Part shown: positions 37,550 through 50,292 of the stretch, in pieces | Layout: every line of letters starts with the position of its first letter | How positions within the stretch are numbered: the stretch's first letter is position 1 | Assembly: GCA_004431415.1 (NCBI GenBank) | Contig: QPMI01000569.1 | Location: 62,001 to 126,000, forward strand | Origin: Cyanophora paradoxa CCMP329 | Lineage: Eukaryota; Plantae; Glaucophyta | Length of the DNA: 64,000 nucleotides | Direction: 5' to 3' | Position numbers and translations under genes: made by a program | The notes under the pieces: model-generated | What the model was told of the DNA's origin: nothing | What the model saw: only the letters and a program-made list of their open reading frames with translations | Databases searched by the model: none

Positions 37550-37813
37550 CTTTTTTTCCACTTGCAGGGGGTAGTAGATTCTCCGGTGTCCGAGAAGGAG
37601 CCCGCGAAGCAGCCGTGAAGTTCGGTTCGGGGGCTGGAGCCGGCGCGTTCTCCGTCAGCGGAGTTCATAGCGTTGCAGCCAACGTCGCGCCAACTCGCAG
37701 GGCAAACAACGGACCCCGGGGGCTCTTAGCTCCAATTTTGTGGCTTTAGCGTCAGAGGAATCGACCTGCGAAGCAGATAACCCGAGCCGCCCGCGACCCT
37801 CCTCCGAGCCCAG
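37550..37813. promoter_or_regulatory. Putative bidirectional promoter (264 bp) between two secretory-pathway genes
   Basis: Head-to-head start codons at 37549 (-) and 37814 (+). Confidence 0.35.
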
Positions 37814-39817
37814 ATGGCGGCAGCGCACAGGGCGCGGTGCAGAGTGTCGGCTCTGGAGGCGCTAGCATTGGCGGGTGCGAGACGCTTTGTCCGATGGTCA
37901 CGGCCCGCCGCTCAGAGTTCTTGCTCGCTCGCAGTGCTGCTCGTCGCCTGCCTCGCCCTCGGGGCGCATGCGGCGTGCATCCCCTCGACGGGCACGTCGT
38001 CAACGAGCTGCCCGTACCCGCAGTGCGAGAACGGCGGCCCGTCGCGGATCGGTTGGGAGGAGGCGGTGTCGGGCGTGATGCTCTTCGACCCGCCGGCGCA
38101 GTCCCCGCAGCCCGGGGACCTCCGCAACCTCGACTACATCGCGCGGCTCCCCATCGTCCCGCGCGAAGGCGTCTTCCCGACCGAGTTCCGCCTCACCTGG
38201 TGCGCACGCGCGAACCGCGACCGCGCCGCGGCGGCCAGCGGGGGCCGGCCGAGCTGGGCCGACGGGGCGGGGCGGGGCGCAGGAACTTCAACTTCGGGAC
38301 GGACACGGCGTCGCTGGATGTGTACTTCATCGACGACCCGTCGCTGCTGGTCAAGGACGGCGAGGCCTTCCGCCTCACGGACGAGGCGCAGAACTCGGGG
38401 AGCAACCAGATCATCACCCTCCGCGACCGCATGTTCTGCAGCTACGTCACGGGCCCCACCTCCTCCTCCGTGCGCCCCCGCCGCCCCCGGCCCCGCCCCC
38501 GCCGCAGCCGCGGGGCGACCTGACGGGCGGCGCCGGGCGCAGACCTCGTTCGAGCTGCCGATGTCGGCCTTCGACAACTCGGACTACCCGACGATGCAGC
38601 GCCCGCCCTGGTACATGTTCGCCCGCCTCAACGGCGGCACCCGCAGGTCCGCCCCGCCCGCCCGCCCCTGCTGCCGCCCCGCGCCCTGCGTTCGCCTGCC
38701 CGCCCCACCGGCCCCCGCCCGACGCGCCGGGGCAGCGTCTCGGGCGTGGCCAAGGCGCGCGTCCTCGAGGCCTGGTTCCCGAAGCTGACCTCGATCTACG
38801 CCGCGCCGATGGTGCCGGCGGCGCCCGGCTCGCGCGTCTACATCGGGGCGGTCTGCGGCCCCGCGGAGAAGTGGGGCGACGCCGGCTCGAAGCCCGAGCG
38901 CTGCGTGATGGCGTGGGCGGCGGCGGCCGGGGCGGAGCTCGTGGGGGCGAACCTGACGCTCGCCGTCTACGCCGACGCCTTCGTCGACGCCGCCGCCCGG
39001 GCCCTCCGCCCCGGCGTCTCCAACCCGACACCGGAGCGAACGCTCTCCCTCGCCCTCCCGCTCGCCGGCCAGGACCCCGCCGTCTTCCCCGCCTCCTTCC
39101 CCCGCCCGGCGGAGGAGGCGCAGGCCTCCAGGTGGCTCTCCCTCTCCGCCCCGCAGGCCCGCGGGCCCTTCCACGTCTTCGCCCAGTGGGGCCCCGGCGC
39201 CGCCCCCGCCCGGGCCGCCTCCGCGTGCGCTCGCGCCCCGGCACCCTCCCCTCCCCCGGCGCCCGCTAACCCGGGGGCGCGGCCCGGCGGGCAGGACGCC
39301 CCACGTCTACGTCCGCACCCTCTCCAAGTTCCCCAAGCCGACGGCGGCCATCCCGCCCCCGCCGCCGCCGCCGCCGGCGCCGAGCAGCGCGCCGGCGCCG
39401 GCGACGCAGACGCACCTGCAGTCGCAGACGCAGCCGCAGACCTCGCCGTCGGGGACCGACTCGGGCTCCTCGGAGGCGGCCACGTCGGCCTCGAAGCGCG
39501 AGGCGGTCATCGAGAGCGCGCCGGCGGCCTCGTCGTCGGGCGGGGGCGGCGGGGGCGGCCCGAGCACGGGCATGATCGTCGGCATCGTCGTCGGCGTGAT
39601 CGTCGTCGGCGCCGTCCTCGGCGTCTCCGGCGTCGTGCGCGCCCCGCCCCCGCTTCCTCCCCGCCCCGCCCCGCGCCGCCCCGCGCCTCACGCGCCGCCT
39701 CGGGCGCAGGTCTGCTTCCGGCGGCACGTGCTGCAGCGCCGGGACGCCCTGGGCGGCTTCGTCGGGCCCTCGGGCTTCTCCGCCTCCGCCCGCGGCCAGT
39801 CCCAGCTCGCCTTGTAG
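37814..39817 (+). CDS. Uncharacterised type I single-pass membrane protein
   Basis: Hydrophobic leader LAVLLVACLALGAHA, a Cys-containing ectodomain, a Pro/Ser/Thr stalk, TM helix MIVGIVVGVIVVGAVLGVSGV|VCF, and a short RRH.. tail ending SQLAL*. Four GT-AG introns splice in frame. Confidence 0.75.
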
Positions 39818-40486
39818 CCCCCGGCCCGGCCCCCGGCGCCGGCTCGTAGGTAGCCATGTAGCGAAGTTTTACACTATTATGGGCTTAGCAGCGCTAGTCG
39901 ATCGTCATCGCCATTGTCATCGTATACATTTATCGTGGCATGTACTCGAATCTTCTCGAATTTCCTCAGTTTTCGTGAGGAGGGAGGGGCAGGGCCCGGC
40001 AGGCTCTCGGGCAGCAACCGCGGTGGGGTGGGTACGGCCGCGGTACTGCCAGGAGAAGGCAGGCCCGAGGGGCCGGGGGCGGTCAGAGTAATTGCAGAAG
40101 GAACGCGAATTTCGAACGGCATACCGTACGTAGTTAGCTCAGCGGCTATAGCTAGCTATAGATATATATAGAGGCCTATAGCGCTAGCTACTGCAGCTGG
40201 GCTAGACTTTCGTCTGCAGCAGCATGCGCAGCTGCATGGCTTTACATTTCGTCTTGTTCTTCTTCTAGATATCGATCTCGCACATATGCATGCACATGCT
40301 TTCTCGTCTCAGTTCTTACAGTAAGATAAGATTCAATTTCAAAGCTGCACTCGTACAATATATACGCGTACGTTTACGTAAACGTAAACGATTAACAGTG
40401 ATTATACATCAAGATAATTATAATACGTTTACGTTTGCGTTAGTTACGGAAATCTTCGCGCGCAGGGGCAAGCCCGGCGGTTACGA

Positions 40487-43400
40487 TTAGACGCCGAGCA
40501 GGCGCCGCACGCTCAACCAGGAGCTGGAGGAGGCGAACTCGATCCCGTAGCCGAGCTGCAGCGGCACAGCGGGTCAACACGCGCACAGCGCTCTCCCTTC
40601 CGGCACGCTAGTGCTGAAGGCCTCAAGGGGCGATCTTGGGACGACAAGGCGAGGCAAGGTGCGGAGCGGGCGGGCCCCGGCGTGGGGGGAGTGAGGTAGG
40701 GTTTGTGTGTGGGTGTGTGTAGGGAGGGGTGGGGGAGGGTAGGGGGGCCGTTTGCTTTTTGGGGGTCTAGGGGGTGCGGGGGTAGCTAGATAGGGGTGCG
40801 AGGTTGGAGAGGGGTGGCAGGGTTTGGGGAGGAAAGGGGGAAGGGTGGGGGTTGGGAGGAGGAGGAGGGGGGGGAAGGGGGGATGGGGATGGGGTGGGGG
40901 GGGGGGGAGGGGCGCACGGCGAGCAGGGTCTTCAGGGTGGCGTCCACAGAGGCGCGGTCCGACTTCTTCTCCCGCGCGGACATGAGCCCGTCTGCGCCCC
41001 CGGCTCAAGCGCTCCGCGGCGAGGCGGGGCGGGGCGGGGCGGGGCGGGCAGGCGTGGCGGGGGGCGGACATGGCTTCAGCAGCTCGTGCGTCTTCTTGTC
41101 GACGGTCTTCTCGCCCCACACGACGCCCTCCCTCATCTTGGAGACTGCGCCACCGGCACCGCGGGCCGTCAGATATCTCGGGCCGCGGCCGCGCGCGCCC
41201 GGGGCGCCCTCGTCGACGCCGCGCGCGGGCGCACGGGCCCAGCTGTCGTGCACGCTCTCCGCCAGCAGCTCGCGGAGCTCGTAAAGGCTGCCGAGGTCAT
41301 GCGGAGGAGAGGGGTCCCGGCGAGAGATGCGACCTCAGCAACAGAAGACCATATGCATCGACAGAGCGCGCGCTGGCCACGGCCAGACACTGACCTTGGG
41401 TTGAGCGTTCGATGCTCCGCCCCGGGGACCCACTGCAGCCCTCTCAGAAGACAGGCCTGGCGGCGCCAAGGGCAAGCGCCGGACGTGGAAGCAGGTGCGT
41501 CCTCTCACCATGAGCGTGTAGCCACCCGGCAGCAGATCCTTGAATCGTGCGTTCTCAGGATGAGGCTGCAGCGACCTGCTCGCTTTGTCCTCGTCGTTGC
41601 AACTGGACGTCGACGTGCGCGTGATCTTGTAGCCGAGCGCCACGATGATGCGCAGCAGGTAGATCACAATGTTCTGTCACAGCGCGTCAGGCGCGGGTGC
41701 GAAGCCATCGGCCAGCGGCCAGCGGCTTTGCATCGCGATACTCCGAGCGCTGCGCGCTTCTCTACCTTGTCATAGAGCTTGTCTTTCTCCTCCAGCTCCT
41801 TGTACGGGACAAGCTGAAATTGCAGTCAGAACAGGGCTATCGTCATGATCAGGCATTCGGACAAGATGTCGATCTAGAATTCGAACGAGACCGCAGCGCG
41901 GCCAAGCTGAAAGGGAAAGGCATTGCACCAGCGGGTGCTGCTTAGGGCCTTTGCTTTCGTCGTCGTTGCGCGGCCATCCGTACCTGCGAAGAAGACGCGC
42001 GCGCAGCAATCAGTGGACGGCGCTTGCGAGGGACCGCCGGGGCGCGGCTGCGCACCTGTAGCCCCTCTGGAGGCAGCCGAGGCTCCAGCGGTCGTGGATG
42101 ACCTCGCCCAGCAGCTCAATAATGTCCTCGAACGAGAAGGCTGCCGATCGCGACGTGCGAGTGCAAGAGGCCCGCGAATCAGAGCGGCGGCGGAATACGA
42201 GGGCGCGCGCGCGCACCGGGATCTCGGTCGCTGTTCTGGATCTTGTCGATCGATATCCCGCCCCAGGAGGCGACTGGCGAGTACTCCGAGATCGCCGTCT
42301 TTTCGTCCTGCCCGCGATCGCGGCGCAACAGATCTCGATGTCAGCGTTCGCGCGCACGGCAGCCGGCGCACGCCCCGCGGGCCGGGCGGCCGGCGCTGCC
42401 GACGCGGGCTGCTCGGCGGCCATTGCACCAGGGGGTCGAAGCACTCCTGGGGGAAGGAGGCCACGATGCGGACGGCCTCGTGCTTGATGTGGGCGAGCGA
42501 GTGCTGCCCCTGCCTCCCGCTCACGGAGAGGTGCCAGCTGATGACCGCCACCAGCTCGTCGAAGCGGATCGACTCCGAGGAGAGCTGCGCGCGCCCCGCG
42601 AAATCAACAAGACGCGACGGCCGCATGTACATGTGAAGGCCGCTAGCGCTGCTCGAGCTGAAGGCGGCGAGCTCGAGCGCTAGCGCGGCGGGCGCACCGT
42701 GGATGGCTGCCTGGTCTGCACGAAGCTCAGGTCCTGCAAGCACTGCTGCAGCTTGTCCGCCACCTCCAAGATCTAATCGCAACGCGGGCGACGCGCGCGT
42801 GCAACGCGGTCATGATCAGGCCAGAAGCGAGCACGGGCTTGATCGCAGGCCTAGGGCGGGGGACCGGGTCTGGCCCGCACCTCGCTGTACCCGTCCTGGA
42901 GGGCCTTCCTGCCCTCGGCCGTCCTCGGGGCGTGCAGGGGCCTGCTCTCGGCCCGTGCACCCCAGGTCACCCGCCCCTGGCTGCGCACGGAGGCGGCAGC
43001 CGCCCCGGCCGGCGCCGCGGCCTCGCGATCGAGCTCCGCCGGCGCCTGCAGCAGACCGGCGGCGTCAGAGTGCACTCGCGCGCGGGCAGCTAAGCGAAGC
43101 GCACGGGGCCCTCGCGGGCGCCGGCGCCCTCCGCGGGGGCGGGGCCGGACTCGGCGCGGCGCATCGGCTCCTGGAGCTCGCTGCTGCGCATGGCGCGGAG
43201 GAGGAGGTCGAGGTCGACGGCGAGCTCGAGGGCGCGCGCCACTTGGCCCGAGTCCTTGTCGTACTGCGCGGCGCGCGGCTCGAGGCCCGCTGGGCGCAGT
43301 CGGGGGGATGGTTCGGGGGCGAGGGCGCGCGCCTTGGAGAGCTGCTGAAGGGTCGTCTCGAGCCTGAACGCCTCCAGAAACTCTTGCTTCTGCGCGCGGG

Positions 43401-46400
43401 AATCCGAGGCCAGGCGAGCTCGATCACGCGGGCCGCGCCGCGCCGCGCCGCGCGCGGAGCGAGCGCACGTCGCTCTGGCGGTCGCGGGACTTCTTCGCGA
43501 GCCGGCTGACGATCTTCTCGATCTCGTCGTCGTCGAGGATCGGGTCCGGCAGGTCGAGCCGGAACGCGCGCGTGAACCTTCGGGATCGGGACGCGCGCGC
43601 GTCAGCCGCTCGTCGCGGAGCGTGCACAGCCGATGCGCTTGTTTGCAGACCAGCTGAAGCGGGTCGGGGGATCCCCCGCCTGCGGCTCGCCATCCGCTCG
43701 CTGCCCGTCGACCGGGAGTGTCTGCCCTCGCTTGGCGAAGCCCGACACGGGATTGAAGCGACCAGCGCCCATCTCTCGGAGAAGGGAGGCCGACCTGCTC
43801 GGGGACAGATTATAGTTATCTCAGCCGTTTGTGGCGGCGTCAATGCCTTCAAGCTTAAGCTGCTGCAATTGAGAATTCGAAATAGCGCTAGAAACTTAGT
43901 TAAATGTGTTTACCGGCCGAATCGAAAGAAGGAAGGCAAGACAAGCTGAAACAGGACCTGGGCGCGAAAAAGAAATAAGTGTTCGTAATGGAACGAGGGG
44001 GCACATGCACAGGCGACGAGCAGTGGCGAACCCGGGGGTACGCGATGCTCGGCGGGATTCGAAGGCGCATGAGGGGGTGCAGCTGCGGCCGCAAAGGAGT
44101 CCGCGTCCGCTGCTCGTGTGCATTTCACAGAAAACAACGTCCGCGCACCAAAACATTCGCCGGCTCGTCTCGACCCGACTCTTCTCCTCTCGCCTCATTT
44201 TCCTTCGGCTTGCCCAGCACCTGACGCAAATTTAGAAGAGCCCGCGTACACAGTGTCGCGGGCGAAATCTAAGGCTGGACAAAATCTCCTAAACACGCAC
44301 GCGCCGGGCTCCTAAAGCCCTCACGCTGTCCGTCCGAAGCTCTCATGATCAGATCATATGATCCGATCAGACGGCTCAGACATATGAAAAGCGAGCCACT
44401 GGATTCGAACCCGAGTCTCTAAATACGCCGAAGCGAACTGCCGGAATTGAACCCGGGTCTCTACGAACGGCAAATTCTAAGGCTGCAGCCGCCTAAGATT
44501 TCGCCCGCGACAACAGCAATGTCCGTGCGCAACGGAGGAATTGAACGTAAACGTGCCTTGAGAACAACGTAGAAGCCCAGCGGTTTCACCCTCACTTGCA
44601 AGACTTGCGCGAGAAGGCGCTTTTGGCCCACCCCAACAAAACGCTTGAGCCCGTGCCATGCTCGCGCCCTAAGACTTGCCGAGCCCTCCGCAACGGGGTC
44701 GTCCACGTACTGCAGAGGAGAGTTCAGCTCGCGCCGCTGCACGAAGGTTTCGTAAGACCGCGCCTCGAGATACACGACGTCGCCTTGCGTCAGCATCTTG
44801 AAAACAAACCGCTTGAACTCCTCCTCCCCGCTGCGAGTTCGAACGAGAATTTGGTAATTTGGTTTCCTAGAAGTTGCAAGTGCACTGATCGAGGGGGAGA
44901 AGCGCACTGGGCTTCGCCCTCCACGGCGGCCTTGATGACGGTCTGCTGCCGCGGCAAGGCGAGGGCGGACCTGCCCCCGAACCCCGCCTGGCTTCCAACC
45001 TCTTTCCAAGGACCCGGCAGATCGAACTTCAGCTGAGAGCATTAACGACGCGGGGGCCGAGTTTCAATGAATCGATCAACCTCGAACGCAATTTCGAGCT
45101 TTGAGATTCGAACTTCACGTGCACCTGAATTTCGCCCTTTTTACCCGGCTTGATGAGCCGACGCGAGGAGGCATTCGCGTTCGGGCGATCGTTGTCCGAG
45201 GAGCCGAGCGGGGGCGGCTCGGCCTCGGCCGTGCCGGGGGCGCGCAGCACTGCGAAGACGCGGTAGCGGAGGAGGCGTCCGATCATCGCGAGGTTCTCGG
45301 AGCCCGCCCTGCGCGAGCGAGCGGCGCCGGCTCAGTGCTCCGCTCGGACGAGCGTTAACGTAAGCAGGGGGCGCGGCCGCTCGGCACTGGCGCCGGCGAG
45401 GGGCCACAAGCGGGGCGGGCGGGCGCACTGCAGGCTCCGCTCCTCCTCCTCGTGCGAGTCCGCCTCGTCGCACGCGTCCGCGTAGTACTTGTTCTGCATG
45501 CGGGCCGCCGCCGCCGCCGCCGTTGTGCGCGATCAGCCATAGAGCAGTGCGATAGCAAGCAAGGGCGCTGCTAAAAGAGGTCTAGAGATATAGATTGAGG
45601 TTTAGAGCGTGCGCACCAGAATGGCGATGAACATGTTGAAAGCGATCCAGACCTGCGCCCGGGTCATTTCAACGCACGGCCGGCCGCGGGCGGCCGCGGG
45701 CCAGGAAAAATATTCAGTGGGGAGAGTATGGAGGGTAGCTACAGCGCCGGAAGCAAGGGAGCGGCGGATGCGGGGGCAGGTCCAGCTGCAGGGGCCGGGG
45801 GCACGCATACGCACGACGAGGATCATGAACGAGAAGAAGTAGACCATGCCGGCGACCGGGGAGGCGCTGTTGATGTCGTCTGAGGCAGCGCGCAGCCATC
45901 GGCGAGATATACATTCAGATGGCTGAAACTTGGGCTCGAATTCGAAACCGCAGACAGAACCCGCACCGTACTCAAAGTCGCTAAGAGAATTCGAATGAAC
46001 GAGTCAAGGGCGGGCAGTCAGAGAGAATGCGCGAGCGCGCGTGGCCATGGCAAGGCTCGCACCCGCCGAGGAACCGGAAGAGGCTCGCGAACGACGCCGT
46101 GAAGTTGTGGAACTGCGCGCGCGGTTCGCGGCTTCAGAGTCGGCGCCGGCGCGCGGTCGCTGTGTACGTTGGCTCTGCTGGGGCTCCGAGAGTATATTCG
46201 GATCCGGAGTGATCGATTTTTGGAAAGGCGGGGAGCACATGCAACTCACGCGCGGGAGCTGGTAGCCAAAGATAATGTTTCCTGCCGCGCGACAATTAAC
46301 AACGTTAACAGAGCGACCATGCATTCTAGATATGATATTGGGGTGCGCGCGCGAGCGCCGGGGGCACCCATGAACGCGTAGCCGGCGAACATGACGAAGA

Positions 46401-49400
46401 AGCAGGCGACGAACGCCAGGAGGTCCCACCGCGCGAAAAAGAGCGTCCGCCTGGCATGCGCACAGCGTCAGAGATCGGCCGCGGGCCCTGGCCCGCCACG
46501 GGCAGCCCCGGGGCGCGTGCACACCAGATGACGGCGATCCTGCGCTCGAGGGAGAGGAAGAGGAAGGTCCAGATGGCGGTCATGAGGACGTTGATGCCGG
46601 CCAGCTCGGACGCCACCTCGAAGAGGCGCCGCGCCTCCTGGAAGTCGATGTAGCGGCCCCGCGCGTCCACCTCCAGCTGCGCCCCGGCGCGTCGACGTCG
46701 TCCCCGGCCGCGGCCCCGGGCGCGGGCCGGCGCCGCGGGCGGCGGATCGGATCTCGGACCTCCTTCTGGATGCCGCGGCACGTCCTCACGTAGGCCGCCT
46801 GCGGGGCGGCGGTCCGTCGGCGTCCTGGGCCTGGGCAGAAGGCGTGCCGGGGCGGGCAGGGCCGGGGTGGGGCAGGGACGGCGCACGACGTATCCGATCA
46901 TGACGAAGTAGAGGACGACTGCGAACATCTGCGGGGACCGCGGCCGTGGGCGGGCCGAGCTACACGTCTGGATCTGCGGCGGCGGGGCGGCGGGGGCGGG
47001 GGGCGGGCGGGCCTCGAGGAGGTCCCAGAGGCTGCGGAAGAAGTCGTCGAAGGAGGCGTCGGCGGCGAAGAACTTGCGGAAGAAGGACATGTGCAGCACG
47101 CCGTCCCGCCCGATCTGGCCCCGCCCCCGCTCGGGCCCCCGCCTCGCCGGTCGAGAGCGCCGGGATCCTGAGAGCTCGGGAGCGAGCACCTTCGAGATGC
47201 TGTTGAGCCCTGCCGCGCCCGATCGCGACCCAAAGATAACCGCGACGTGCAGAAGTAAGAACGCGGACGCCACGAGCGTGAGCGATGCGGGCAGCACACC
47301 GTACATGGTCACGACAATGCAGAAGAGAATGCTGCGGCGCGAGGACAAGGACAGGTCATGACCATGTTCATGGCGGCGCACGTGCACGCGGGTGCGGTTA
47401 ATTATAAAGTACCACGCACCAGAAGCCGTATGTCGTCTGTGCCAAGCAGCGCATGGACGTCAGAGCTTGGAGCCAGTGAAAAGGACGGCAAAGTCAAAGC
47501 GCGGCTTGGAGCACCGGATTCTCCAGCGTCTCGAGCTTGAGAGTGCGAACGCGATATGAAGGGATCATCGCCCCTGCGCATGCGCCGCGCGCGTGTGATT
47601 GCGCCCCACCGATCGCGCGTGGCTCGCATATGCATGCGGCGCACCAGAGTTCGGCAGCTCGGCGACTGTGCGCGGGCTCTTCAGGTTTCCGGTGGCAATT
47701 GGAGATTGAAGGGGGCGCGGGGCGCACGGAGCTCGAGGACGACGAAGAGGCGGGAGTGGCGGTTGTAGAGCGTCGCGTCCATCGCCACCGCCCGCGTCGA
47801 GTCTGCGCGCGCCGCCCCCGAGCCTCGGAGTCAGACCCCGCGGAAAGCTCGGACCCAGCGCGGGGCGAGGCGGGCATGTGCAGCACCGTCGATCCACTTG
47901 TCCTGCTCGGCGTCGTCGATCTGAACGCCCCGAGCAAATTGGGTCGGCGGCCGGCCGCGGGCGGTGAAGGTGGACGGGGGCGGGCGGGCGCGGGGCTCGC
48001 CTGCCGGAGCGCGGCGGCGGGGTCGCGGCTCAGGACGAGGGTGTGGTGGCCCGAGCCGTAGTCGGGGTAGTACGCCGTGTCGCGGAAGTAGGCCCAGCTC
48101 GAGAGCAGCGGCGAGCCGCTCTCCTGCGCATGCCATGCCGGCCGCCGGCGCACGTGAGCGGCCCGGCGCGGGCGACGGCGGCGCGGCGGCCCATCCAGCG
48201 CCAGCCGGGGCCGGGCTGCACCTCGAAGGTGTACTCGGCGCCGGAGGCGGGCCCGCGGAAGGGCCGGCGGTCGGCGTTGGAGGAGCCGTGGCGCTCGTGG
48301 TACGGGGGGAAGCACGCGCCCTCCGCCCCGAAGAGGGCCGCCAGCAGCGCCGGCGGGCGGCTGCTGCACTCCTCTGCCGGCACCCGCTCCACCCGCACCT
48401 GGAGGGCGAGGGGTGGAGGCTCAGAGGGGGGAGGACCGGGGGGTGAGGGGGTGAGGGGGCTGGGGCGGGGGGGGTGGAGGGGGGGGGGAAGGGGAGGGGG
48501 ACGAAGCCGGGCGCCTGGCGCAGGCGGAGGAGGCCGACGGGGCGGAGGTAGTCGGCGGTGGGGTTCGACCCCGAGGTGTCCAGCAGCAGCGCCGCCGTCC
48601 GCCGCGCGAACCTCAAGAAGTCCTCCCGCTGCCCCCGCCGGCCCCGCACCCCGGCGCCCCGGTCAGCCGGGCGGCTTCGCGTCGGGGGGCCGGGGCGGGC
48701 TCGGGCCCCGGGCGCGCCGTGTTGGAGGCGAGGAAGGCCTCGCGGTCGCTCCCGAGCTGGACGACGTTCAGGAGGCCCCCCGCCCCCACGTACTGCGCCG
48801 CGTGCTCGTGCGCCTGGTCCACCGGCAGGATCTGGGCGGGAGGGGGGGGGGGGCGGGGGTAAGGGGGGTAAAGGCCGATACCAGCGCGCGGCGGCCGCGG
48901 GGGGCCCGGATCTCGAGCGCTGCTGGGGGGCCCGTCCCCGGGGCGGGGGCGCGCGGATCCGGAGGAACGGGGGGCCCGGGCGCACGGTGATGACGAGGCC
49001 GAAGAAGAGGGCGGAGAGGCAGGCGAAGGGGGGCAGGACCTGGTAGAGCAGCTGCCGCCGGTACGTCCGCAGGAAGACCTCCGCCCGCCGCACGTTCAGC
49101 TGCGCCGGCGCCGGCGCGCGCGACGCCGTCAAAACAGCGCCGGCCGGCCGCGGCCCGGGGCAGCCGACGCGCGCGGGCGCCCCGCGTGCCGGGCCGCGAA
49201 CCTTGATGTTGGAGAACTCGCGCGTGATGACCTGTGCGCGCACGCGACGCGGCGGCGGCGTAAGCGGGGCGGGGCGGCGCGCGCGGGCGCCGGTTGACTA
49301 CTGCGGACCTTTTGTGTGTGCTTGAACACGCTCCCCTCCTCCTCCTGCAACGACCCCCTGCGGCCGCCCCCGGCCGCCGGCGCGGGTCGACATCCGTCCT

Positions 49401-49545
49401 TGGCGCCGGCCTCATGATCAGAATCGAACGTTAACTTGACAGCTGCAGCGGGCCCGGGCCCGGCGCCTGAAGCTGCTTGCGCGTAGGCCGGATCCTGCGC
49501 CGCTGAGCCGGCTCGAGCTCCTTCCTCGAGATCACGCGGTGCCAT
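40487..49545 (-). CDS. Polycystin-2/TRPP-like cation channel with two C-terminal RyR repeats (PKDRR-like architecture)
   Basis: PKD channel motifs: GLLRLRQ|VRV..C, WID..TRAV..TLYN, LWDLLE, YIDF, DLLAFVACFFVMFAGYAFM|GNIIFG, FHNFTASF, YFFSFMILV|VWIAFNMFIAIL. RyR repeats: ELLGEVIHDRW...HPL|LVPYKELEEKDK...IVALGYKI and ELLAESVHDSWA..KMREG..WG..KTHELLKP..KKSDRASVDATLKTLLA|LGYGIE. Linker exons can be joined in phase; a single transcript is inferred. Confidence 0.65.
44254..44512. mobile_element. 259-bp MITE with TGT...ACA ends and a 4-bp TSD (Ginger-like ends), inside an intron of the channel gene
   Basis: 22-bp TIRs TGTCGCGGGCGAAATCTAAGGC / GCCTAAGATTTCGCCCGCGACA (1 mismatch). TSD ACAG at 44250-44253 and 44513-44516. 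Confidence 0.8.
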
Positions 49546-50292
49546 CTGCACCTGCGCCCCGCTGGACCCCCCGAGCGCCTGTCAGCTGGCCGTGGCTCGC
49601 CGAACCGATCGCGCGAACTTCAGCTAGCGCGCTGAGGCGCCGGCCGGGCCCGCAGGGCGAGAGCTGCAGACGCCGCAAACCAGAAGCTTCGTCCTTCATC
49701 CAAATGGCGACTCAGCGAAGCGCATCGTCTTCTAGTCTAGGCGCCGGCGGTGCTATGGACGGCCTTCCCGTCATCTTAGAAAAGCAATGCGAATGACGAG
49801 CCGCAGGGCGGATCGCCTCGAAAGGACTCCAAGAGCACATTCGCGTGCTTCTGGGAACATAGCTAGACCCCGAGGAGCCCGCGCTAAGCCAATGCGCGCA
49901 AATGAAACACGAAGTTGCACTCACAGCGGCAGTTGAACTTCCACTCGAGCTCCGGGTTGCGGCTGTCGTTCACTCATCGTGCTGTCGATGCGATCCCGTG
50001 AAGCATCGGCGAGTGGGAGGCTGGGAGCAGCGGCTGGCCGATTCAAGTTGCAATTGCAGCTGCAACTTCTTGTGTCCCCCCTTTCCCCCCCCCCCCCCCT
50101 CTTCGACATCAGCGCGGGCGGTGGTTGTTCGCAAGCGCTGCTTGAAGCGATTGCCTGACGCATTGCCGCGTATACGTATGCCGGCCTTGCATGCCGAGAA
50201 ATCCAGAATTCACCACGATAAATACGAACAACAGAATGCATACGGATCTCAGATCCGGCGGATTTTGAACCACGTGCACTAGCTTCCTGGAT

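Noticed and set aside
44389-44500. A complete tRNA gene
   Set aside because: Only T-arm/B-box and 3' acceptor-like segments are present. There is no D-arm, anticodon stem or matching 5' acceptor strand.
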